Assembly (NCBI GenBank): GCA_036172245.1
Contig: JAYWIR010000075.1
Span: 310,001-374,000 of the forward strand
DNA: 64,000 nucleotides
Source: Raillietiella orientalis
Lineage: Eukaryota
Reading direction: 5' to 3'
Positions 54,161 to 64,000 of the stretch are shown here, one piece after another; the stretch's first letter is position 1; every line of letters starts with the position of its first letter. The notes below the pieces were generated by a model. The model had not been told where the DNA came from. It was given only the letters and a program-made list of their open reading frames with translations, and did not search any database. The translations under genes and the position numbers were made by a program.

Positions 54161-54492
54161 AATTCGTCACGAGAATCGGTATTTCGGGGTCAGGAAATGT
54201 GTGCTTACGATCTCTGCAATGTCAAAAAATCTGAATGAAACCGATTTTGCATGTTCGTTCGAATATGCAAATCGAATGAAATCGATTGGAAGTGGAAGGA
54301 CTGAAAGGCAGAATTAACTCTTATCATTCTCCGAGGAAACGAAGCCAGGTTGGAAAAATGCCAAATAGATAAATATAGTGAAGATGTGGTAAATAAAATT
54401 GGTACTTGAGTAGTAAATAAAAAGTGATAACGAGAATCGAAAACTAAATTTGAGGCTACCCGAATGAGAGGCAGTAAAGTTAGTTCTTAAGG

Positions 54493-57400
54493 CTAGATGA
54501 CACGGTTTGGGGGACGGTAAACTGAAAGATATGTTGAAATACATGGGAGCCTTACCTGTATTTCCACTGGGAAATGATCAGAAACTTTTAAGGCCTCAGC
54601 TCTTGTTAAGGATAAATCTTCTTCGAAGTTTATCGCTCTGCCTGAACCAGGAACGAGGCTTTGTTTCATCTCTTCTCCTATCAAAACGATCCTGAAATGT
54701 AGACAGAATTTGGAATGTTGCAATCCCCGTTCTTTTGCAGCATTGGCATCACGTGCTTGCAAATACATTTATTATGCACCCTCGAAATTGATAGAATGGT
54801 TTCATTTTAGAATTCCACCTCATCTCATTTTGGTACTTTAGTTACGTGCCTGTTGAGGAATTAAGAGATACTTTGATTATAAAGTTATGATCCTTTTCCT
54901 TAAGGAATACAACAAAGTAGAAGGGTCGGTAAATGGAACATCCATCTATAACGAGTTTTCCATCAAAATGGATTTTTCACTGTGGTCTAGGATTTTGTCA
55001 TTCTGCGATGTTTTCAACAGATTTCAAAACCGAGTGAAACCATCGATTTGTCACAGCAATCATCCTGGATTTCTCGATTCTCGGAGTCCCTCGAAAGTCA
55101 AAGAAAAGCACGCCAAACAGATAATTCTACCCTGTTGTTTTCCGTGACGTACAAACAAAAGCTTACTAAACGAACATTGTTCATGTATGTTTTTCTCACG
55201 TAGCAAGTGCATACTGAGGATGGGACTCCAAGGACATCGAGACATGTATTTGATCTGTAATTTCAGATAGCCGAGGACATTAAACTAAGCATAGCATGCG
55301 AAACGGAACCATCGTGACATGATTAAGATTTCGAATTCCTGGATGCAGTTTGTAAAGCAGATGGGATGCAAAGAGCCAAAAGATTTTCTATCAGCCTTTG
55401 AAAAACGATCCGGCATGGTTTTGATCAGGAAGCTACGTGCCCTTGAGCATTATGTCATAGAGCAGGGCTTCACATGGTACACATTTCTCCATTGACCGTC
55501 TGCAACGACGCACAGTTTGTAAGAAGAAATCCCTTAGCGACGGAAAGAACGTCAGGTCTCAGATCGTCTGCCTTTCAAATAAGAACTGGTTTCGGAGTGT
55601 TTCCTGACGACTGCCTTCTTGGTCAAGCCCTACTACAAGGCAGGGAACTGAAATGAGGTTGTTCAGTCTCGGATGCTGATGGCGATGTGGTCACGGCAAT
55701 AACATCGGGCATCATCCGTAGACAAAAACACATCACACGAAGAATTCCTCTTTCGAGATCTTTGGAGTTTAGGTGAATCGTCGAGGAAGCCCGCGTTGGC
55801 AGCCGTGTGGCTGCGGTCTCCCCTCCAAAACCTGGTACTAAACCTTGATGGCTTGAATACCAGGAAAGGATCCACGCTGGAGAAATGGGAGTCGTGGATT
55901 TCGAGTCCCCCTTCCCCGCAAGATGGAGCTGGTTAGTCTGTCTTCGGATGCAGTGGAAACTTCAAATTGGACCCCCCCGATGAATGGCCGGGATTGGAAG
56001 TGGACTCTCCGGTATCCTTCCGGGAATCAGAGTTAAGGAGTCGGTTCCCTTTTAGGGCTCCCCTCCAGTTATGAAAATGGCGCCGAACCGTGTAGCTGGA
56101 CGATACTCCCTTCCATGGTCGTCTCTGCAGAATGTCAGAAACGCGCTGCTCCCTTCGGTGAGCGTCCCTCCGATATTCTCTTCAGAGGAGCACCAACAAG
56201 GAGCGGTTCCCTTGCAGGTTCCCTCAGAAGAAGAAATTTCAGGAGCAGATCCTTTCCGGGTTGCCTTCGAAAAAGAAACAATCGAACTCCTCCTCCCTCC
56301 AAGAGGTCTCTCCGGAGAGCATGAGGAAGAGGTTCCTTCCCGAGCGTAAGAAGAAGGGACTCCTTCCTCCAGAGATTTCCTGGACTCATAGGGTGGTCCC
56401 CTCCCGGGATAACCCCTAACTTGAAGGTGTATCATCATCGAAGGAAGCCTCGACGACTACACAGGAGAAACTTCGAGAAAATGTGATGCCGGGTAGAGGT
56501 GGTGGACAGCTCAACCACGGTTGAGCACATGTAGTGTGTAAAATAATTGCATAATGCGTAAACTGTTGCTGGTTGCTGTTCAGATATCTCTGCATTTGTG
56601 GTTCGCTCTTCAGCACATCAAAGTATCAGCACTTAACGGAAGCTGAACGACGGAAATTCTCGAGGGCCGGGAAGGAAGAAAGAAAGAAAAAGAGGTAAAC
56701 ACTGACCTGTCATACGTGCAATCAGTATCGCTCACGGTAGTATCCTCGTCTTCAGGGATGGCCCAAAGGTAAGAAACATTAACATAAAAGTTGACTGCAT
56801 TCCTCCTTCTCTTACTGGCGTATTGGCAGTCGAAGTTGAAGTCTCCTACCATGATTACATCCTGAAAAATTTTGGGAAAGGGAAAAGGAACAGCCGTAGC
56901 GAGATTGGATTTATGAACGGACGTGTGTCTGAACGGGTTGCAGCGAAAGGGCATCATCGTGCCGGCATTCTTTTCCCCTTGTCGTGAGCATATTGCACCG
57001 CGTGCCCCGTGTCACTCTTTCCTCTAGTTCTTCAGACGTGCAGAATTCGTGGAGAAACGAGCGAATAGTTTATCATGGGAAAACGAGTTAATCGCCGTTG
57101 CTCGTCGCAGCTGTCATTCGGTAAGAGTGAATCCCCCCAGAAAAATCGCGGAATGGTCTGCAGGTCAGTCGGCATCGAATTAAACCTTCATCGAAAGATC
57201 TGAACGCACAAAATTCGTTTTTCTGGTGAAGAATTCCCACGAATTTATTTCATCCGCGTCATGGATGATGTCTTGAAAAGGAAAAAGTAGCCACATCCAG
57301 GTATCACTTTTTGAGCCATCGCATCCTAATCCAGGAAAACCCCTGAAGACAGACCACCACACAAAAAGCAGCGGGTATGTGAGTAACGGCGTAAACACAC

Positions 57401-60400
57401 AAAGCATATGTGAAACCACGGGCGTGCTTAGCAATCACGAGCACATCGGTCCACCAAGTCTCCTCAAAGCCTCTTCTCCTTCGAAATGTCTTATCAAAAA
57501 TCTTTTCAATACATCCGGCTCCACCTTTTGCTATGAAACAGAACTTGCCAAGTTCGTTTCACGTGTGCTCAGGAATTGTGACTGAAACTATAAGTACCGC
57601 TATGGTGCCACTTTTGGCTTGCCCAAGTACAAAGGTGGCACCACAGCTGTACTTATAGCTTCAGTCACAGGATTCCTGAACACGCGTGGAATCAACGAAG
57701 ATAAAACTGGTTTTGATGGCACAATCCTCATCAAATGGATTCTCTCATCTCTACAGTTTTGATTTCATCCCGTAGTGCAGCCCGCGGGCAGTTCACCAGG
57801 TGGCAAATTAGGGTACTTGAACATTGAAATATGGTGAAGAGATGAGGAAATGGTTTGAGACCTCGGGCTCTAGAATTTGCTAGAAACGAAGTCTCATCGG
57901 AGGATTAAAAAGAAGTCTAAATGGTGAAAAGAAAAATTATTAGAGAATTATTCATAAAACCAAAACATGCTAATGGTTTTGTACTCTTATATCGGAATTT
58001 TAATTCAGACATTTGCATACAATTTCATTCAAATTCTTTTCATCCCATCAAATGAGCAGGATGAGACAACTTTCCTACATTTTACGCACGGGACATTTGC
58101 GTTCCTTTGAACGTGTGCAAGATGGGTTCAATACCCTGAACGATCAAAATCTCGAAAATCAAAATGAAAAAACACATAATTACATATATAATAAGTAAGC
58201 ATTAAGTGAATACATAGACGTCGAATTATAAACATGTAAATTTATTAAACGATCAAAATCCCGAAAGCAGAATCCGTCATTTACTGAGAAAGCTCCATTA
58301 AGTTTTCATTTTTCATCATTCGATATTCATATGTTCATTTAATATATATTCATATTATATATATAATGTACATGTATATGTATTTATTCCTATACATCAA
58401 AGGCATTCATTTATATTGAGGAAAACTTTGATATAAACGTTAACAATATGTTACTACATATTATTAATTATATTATGTTAATAGATTCACAGATATGTAT
58501 GTTAAAATAAATTTGCGGACTGATCTTTATATATAATAATGTAATCTATATATTTATTTCTGTATCATCATAATTGTATGGACATATATCATATAGATTA
58601 ATCTGCAAATTTATTGTAACATACATGTCTATGAATATTTGTTAACACTCATATTAATTATTACTTATATATCATTATTATGTATGTATGTATGTATATA
58701 CATGCATAATAATTATGTGTATATATATGTGCAAAATAATTATATCTATCTATTTGTATAACCTTTATGATATATATGAATCTATATATAAATATACATA
58801 GCAACATGTATAAAAATAGACATTAACATGCATTGCTCCTCGGCCTTTTGGCTAAACATTTCAACTGGCATAAATCACGAATTTTTTTTTTTTACGTGGC
58901 CGTTCGGGATTTCGACATGCAAGATTTTGATCGGTACCGGCGCAAGATATGTTGCCGAGTTTCCCCGGATGTCATGGTTACGTTTCCTTCAGCAGCCCTG
59001 AACAAGGCGTCTCCATCACGTAAGCGCTGCTTGTTTAGCTCTCCACCTACGGATCCGAGCACTCTACGCAGCCGAATGTTTTGCAGGATCTGTTTTTCCA
59101 GAGTCTGCTGCGCAAACACTTCGGGATCATCGGTACGCAGGAGCTGCTGGAGCTCAAGCGTCTTCCTGGACAGCCTGCTCTTCGAGGAAAACTTTTCTTT
59201 TTCAGACGGACGCTTCCGTTTATTACGTCCGAGCGCTTGAGCTCCCCGCCACGCTTTTTTGGATCCGTCGGCCTACGTTGCATCAATCCGATGGTCACTC
59301 CTCTCATTAAATCGTTCTTTTGCTGGGCAATTCCCAGACGCCGCACCAGTTTGATGACGATGAGTGTTTCAAATCAAAATATTCGAGACGACTGCAGGCG
59401 GGCACCGGAAAAAATCCTTTGGAAAAGCAGCTCCTTCTCCTAACAAGCAGGACAAGACTCGACTTGGATGGATTCGAGTACGTCCAGGACTTCGTGTGAC
59501 TCTCAAGCGCACTGTCGATGCAGCCTCCTACCACTCGGTCTGCGGTTTTAAGAATGAGCGGAGCTTCTACGCGCATTTTCACTCGCTTCCGTCCCAAGAC
59601 GGTTCCCTCGCTCCTTGAAAGAAGTATTCATTTGTGGACTGGGTGGATCCTCCCGTTTTCAGGGCAGCAAGGGAGCAGAGGAGGTTTCCTCAAGCATCTG
59701 CATCCAACGCTGCGCGCAGTTGTACACACCCGGTCTACTTGGAAATGTGAACCACAGCTGATCGGTACCGATTATTGGATGCAATTGAATTGTTGTGTTG
59801 TTGTTTTTCGCTTTCATTCCTGCTTCTGGAACCATTCTGGATCTTGGAATTCCGTGGTCTTCCATAGTGCATCGGAGCTTCTGCTGTGTCTTTGGCAAAA
59901 CTTGCTCGCGTGGTGGGGTCTGCAGGAAGGAAGACTGGAGCAAGTGTCCCATATCGACGAGCACAAGAGATTCATCCCATTCATCTTTTCCTAAAGCTTC
60001 TCTCCTGATCTTCTGCCAGTTTTCCGTGTGCTCCAGCTTCTCCTAGTCCTTGCTTATTTACTCTGAACGGTAGCGCGGGTCCTTCAGATAAACACTGATC
60101 CCCAGCACGAAAACGAAACACGTCCAGAGAAGGGGAGCAACGCGAGATGAAGAGTGCAGAAGAGTTTTTAGGCTTCCGAAACGACCATTGTTCGGAACGA
60201 TGGTCGATCAACTCTCGAAGATTCCCATTACAAGACATGACAAACCGCGTGCAAGACAGGCGTTGAAGTTCCGTCCCTAGAAAGATGGATGAGTCCCTTG
60301 GGAATCTGAACTTACTTGCACGTTAGAATGCGTTTTGTAACTCTCGATCGCGTCGGGCAGCTTGTTGACTTCTGGAACTGCCGTGGACGGTGACGTGTGG

Positions 60401-62767
60401 ATCACTCCAAAGCCGAACTGGTAAGAATCTTTCCAAGAACATCTGATCAGTCCCGACCGCCATGCTCGTCTCGAGGTTCGCGACTCCGCAATTTTCCCCA
60501 TGATCATTGAAAGCAGGAAAAGAAAGAGTCACCCTGAAGAATATTCCGGTGAACAGTTAAGCGAACACACAGATTCATCGTCCCTCTAGACCCATCTCGT
60601 TCTCTTGAGGTTTCCGTGCGTCTGCTACGGCCCTGAATGAATGAATCTTCTCCTCCGCAGCTGCAACCTCTTGGGTGCGAACTTGCGAGCCCGGCGCGAA
60701 GAAACAGCAGCGAAGAAATGGGAAGGAAGGTTCACGAAACTGGGATAGGACAGTCGAAAGTTTTCCCAGATCCATGGAGAGCACGCGCAAAATTCATACT
60801 TAGTTTCCAAAACTAGGCTCATTTGTGCATCCAAGCAACCACGCACCACAAACACTAAAGCTACATACCCAAAACTTGAATAGTCCAAAAGAATGGAGGT
60901 CTAGGGAACACACGTTCATCGTCCGGGTAGGCAAATGATTCAATGGGTTCCATCAATTCTTTTCTGTTGAAAGAGATAAGTAATGGCTTTGAATACATTT
61001 TGATTTATGTAAAGGAAAGAACACTGCAAATGCACACGACAGGAAGCTAAGAATGAATTTTCAATTATGTGCACACTCGTCGCCACATTGAAGGTAATAA
61101 TTAATCTTAAGGAAATTATTCTATTTCCTGAGAGACTGTTTATCGGTTCCTTATAACTCATACATGGATAGAATCCCATAAGATGATTAATTAACAGTAA
61201 CTTTATCCATTGCACTGAAATCCGCATAACAATTTAATTGTTTTTACCATCGAAAGAAAAACAAAAAGATTTTTATTTTCGTCTTTACGGTACCTCTCGA
61301 ATGCTACTAATGAAGTGGAATTATAACTATAGATATACTAATCTGTAAATAAATACTTGATGTATTGATTACCTAAACAATATTGCGTAACTCTCAGAGC
61401 TGCTACTGACGCTTTTTCCAGCCGGAGGCGATATCCGAGAATCAAATTCGGCATTTGCGTTTGCATTGAGCGCTTTTTTTAACCTCTTTACAGCTTCTCC
61501 CGTCTTGTCCGTAACTTCTTGTATCGCAATCAGGTCGAATCCTCCTACAATCTTTTGGAGTGAATGCAGCGTGAGAACAATCGACGGCAACTGATTACTG
61601 GTGCCATGACAACATTTCACAATAATCCGGCAAATGACAGAAGCGGTCTTGGAGGCAACCATCAAGGACAGACCATTGAAAACGGTGGTTGACGGATATC
61701 TGCACTTTCAATTGCAGACCGAACCGCGCAATTCGGGATGCCGATGAGGAAGAGTAGATGGGCTGAATTCGCAAACGCCAAACAATTGTGCTACATTAGA
61801 GAATTCTAATTCCATCTTGAGATGTACCCGAGGGAAAACGAGGTAACGAGTGGCCGTTGAGATCTGAGGCGGAAAGAAAGATGCAGTGAAGTAGTAGAAA
61901 GCTCAGCGGATGCTTAGGGACCATCGCACTAAGGGAAGTAAAGCTGAGGTGCAGCTCCAGGGAGTGTTTTCATTGATTGCATTGGAAAGGTTAAAGGTTT
62001 TCTCCAGATACAGACAAGATGCGCGGTTCACGTGAACCCTCGAAGCTGAAAAGCGATGGATACTCGGGTCAGAAAATTCCCATCTAAATGCAAAGGCACA
62101 TATGAAGAGCCAAACATCCCTTCCGAAATGTTAATTCACACAACTGATTTCATTTGAAACGAAAGCCCATGCTTGAATTTCAGGAGATCACGAATGGAAC
62201 AAGAAAAATGTAGGCGGCGCTTTCTGTATGTCAATAAGGGAACAGTGAGCAGAGTTCAGACTTTAGCAACCGCCCCGGCGTGACCGGGTGGCAACAGCCG
62301 CGAAACCCCAAGGAGCGAAAGCGTTCCAACATTGCGGATAAGCTTTCAGACCTAATGCAGAACTAAAAATGGAACTGATCCCTCCAGCGAAGGTACTTCT
62401 TAAGATGTGCAACTACCGAAAGAGAGTCTAGAAAGCCAGGTCTTCATTAAGCTGACCATAAGCACCAGCTAGAGCTGAAAGCTGTTATCAAGTGATTCTG
62501 GATAAAGAGTAAAGAATAACATGTTTTCATATTCCTGTGAAGCTGGAAAGGGAAACTTGAATTTACCTGCACCAACTTTTGCATCACCCTATCATTCGTA
62601 CTCTTCTTCGGACCGAATTTCTGGATGTTGAAACTTGCAACTGTCAGCATTCTTGAATCAGCATGTCCTACTGTTCTGGAGTAAACTTTAGAGTGGGGTT
62701 TCCAGAACGGTCCAAGGGATTGCATTGGCAGTACAAAATAGAAGCATGAAACGTAGAACCTATTCAT
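54493..62767 (-). CDS. Deoxyribonuclease I-family endonuclease (DNase1/DNase1-like), at least 6 exons
   Basis: Motifs VASFNIQKFG, DLIAIQEV, SESYAILFR, VFPRPPF, IHTSP, GDFN, DTTV..TDCTYDRIV and SDHFPVE (both catalytic His present). Exons: 62767-62567, 61551-61373, 60963-60869, 60428-60316, 56861-56707, 54691-54556. A GTAAG donor follows the last exon, so the end is either read-through to the stop at 54493 or an unseen terminal exon. Confidence 0.92.
55600..56426 (-). mobile_element. Diverged, headless relative (copy C) of the chimeric repeat body; Penelope-RT-like, in a DNase I intron
   Basis: 55895-56426 aligns with the reverse complement of the copy A body (shared TTCTCTTCAGAGGAG, GGAGCGGTTCCCTTGC, GATCCTTTCCGGG, CTCCGGAGAG). 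The minus strand reads PYESRKSLEEGVP, ESPLPIPA and PFL...FSTRFWR. Confidence 0.7.
57558..57691. repeat. Long imperfect hairpin (~60-bp arms) in a DNase I intron
   Basis: TGTGACTGAAACTATAAGTACCGCTATGGTGCCACTTTTG pairs with CAAAGGTGGCACCACAGCTGTACTTATAGCTTCAGTCACA; pairing extends outward to TTCACGTGTG / CACGCGTGGAA. Confidence 0.9.
58400..58790. repeat. Extremely AT-rich foldback-like inverted repeat
   Basis: ~58477-58527 (TGTTAATAGATTCACAGATATGTATGTTAAAATAAATTTGCGGACTGATCT) is an imperfect reverse complement of ~58595-58646. Confidence 0.7.
58880..60230 (-). mobile_element. Decayed Penelope-like element (N-terminal part of RT) in a DNase I intron
   Basis: PEVFAQQTLEKQILQNIRLRRVLGSVG (~59125-59045) resembles P.FYG.PK.HK..PLRPIVS.IG. 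Upstream VLSCLLGE resembles VLFCLLSGE of the 37.5-40.2 kb copy. Confidence 0.5.
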
Positions 62768-64000
62768 ATTTGCAGAAAAAAACTTCCAAGATTGGCACCA
62801 AGGATCTTGCCCAAAGTTTTCCTTATATCCTCCATTTTATTTAGGAAGCGAACATCTGGAATACATCTTCACACCTGTGGATGCCAGTTGGGTTTTCCCC
62901 GTATTTCCGAATTTAAATAAGAATAGACATCTGGATGCAACGTTGCTCCCATAGATATCAGTTGGGAAGTTCTCTGCGGCAATGATAGATTCTTTTCTAA
63001 GAGGAAGGTGCAATTTCTACACGAAAACCGAAGCTCCCACCATAGATCTTGAGCATTCACGCAAGAAAGCTTATTTCCTGTTTCTTTGTTCTTTCCACAA
63101 AAATTCCGGTGACACCGTGTCCAACACAGAAAGGAACAGTTCATTAAGCAATGTTCATAAATGTTTTAGATGTTAGGAATGACTCCCTATTGGTTCCGGA
63201 TGCTCCTCTTGCATTCTCTGCATCATTTACATTCTTTATTTGCACTCCTAGAATGCAGATAATAAATAGTACGAAGGAATTAGGAGCATACCAGAGCTGG
63301 TATGTAGACACCTGTTTCAATATATGCTATTCTCATTATATATATATATATATGTAAATTAACATATGTGCACCTGAACTTGAGGAGAAGGAGAGAGAGA
63401 GAGTGCAATTCCTAATGATCTTCGAATAAATAGTAATGCTTTTTTTAATCTTTCTCTTTCCCCGTGCTTCGTGTACTTCGTTGCCGCGTTTCCTAGCAGC
63501 ATAGAAAAGCTTTTCTAAAGGTGTGAGGATGTGTACAGGAAAAGTTCAAAAAAGCAGCCTCATTTTCTAGTCAGAATTTTTTCTTTCTATCAATTGTCTG
63601 TTCCCTTTTACGATTGCGGCTCTAGTTTGATTCTTTTTCGTACTTCCATTGTGGCAGTGGCGATGCTTGAACAAGGGTTTCAATGGCAACAGCCATCTCT
63701 GAGACGTAGACTCACCCATTCTCGCATTCGTGAGAAGTGCTGTGCAGGAATAAGTATTTCCATTTATTTTCTCTCTTTCAACCAGGTAACAGCGTAGTAA
63801 TCATTTCAGGCGCGGACCCATTCTAGTCGATGAGTTTCTTATTTCTTCCAACTAAACGAGTCATAGAGATCGACACCATCAATGTGCAATCCATCCATCT
63901 CGGAGTCAGTCGAGTTTCTAGGATTACTTCAAGCATTTAACGCTTCAGGCATGTCTTAACCATAGGTAAAAGGCAAACGTAAAATTTACCTTCGGATCAC

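Noticed and set aside
37500..60230. GC-rich ORF fragments (e.g. 39395-40027, 48915-49505, 58833-59443) as endogenous viral elements or novel genes
   Set aside because: Better explained as sense or antisense frames of decayed Penelope-like RT; no viral motif was recognised.
1..64000. CRISPR arrays, rRNA, prokaryotic operons or defence systems
   Set aside because: The sequence is intron-rich eukaryotic DNA; no regularly spaced repeat-spacer array or rRNA signature was seen.

Overview
Eukaryotic (metazoan, probably invertebrate) genomic DNA with very short (about 40-50 nt) GT-AG introns, so the supplied ORF track is mostly exon fragments and noise. Five spliced protein-coding genes can be assembled by eye: CHMP7 (-), CFAP58/CCDC147 (-), SRP72 (-), an equilibrative nucleoside transporter (SLC29/ENT, +) and a DNase I-family nuclease (-). 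The left ~29.5 kb is very AT-rich. The right ~34 kb is more GC-rich and packed with about ten mutually divergent, decayed Penelope-like retroelements (PLEs), almost all on the minus strand. Also present: a decayed RLE-type (R2/NeSL/Utopia-like) non-LTR retrotransposon, a pogo/Tigger remnant, a 3'-truncated U6 retrocopy with a target-site duplication, and several foldback palindromes. The two most interesting signals are (i) a repeated chimeric element made of a tRNA-like Pol III head fused antisense to what appears to be a decayed Penelope RT core (copies at ~3.7-4.5 kb and ~30.3-31.2 kb, a headless relative at ~55.9-56.4 kb, and a head-to-head head palindrome), and (ii) CFAP58 and CHMP7 lying on the same strand only 80 nt apart with a splice acceptor in the gap. 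All transposon calls rest on degenerate motifs recognised by eye; boundaries are approximate and no searches were run.
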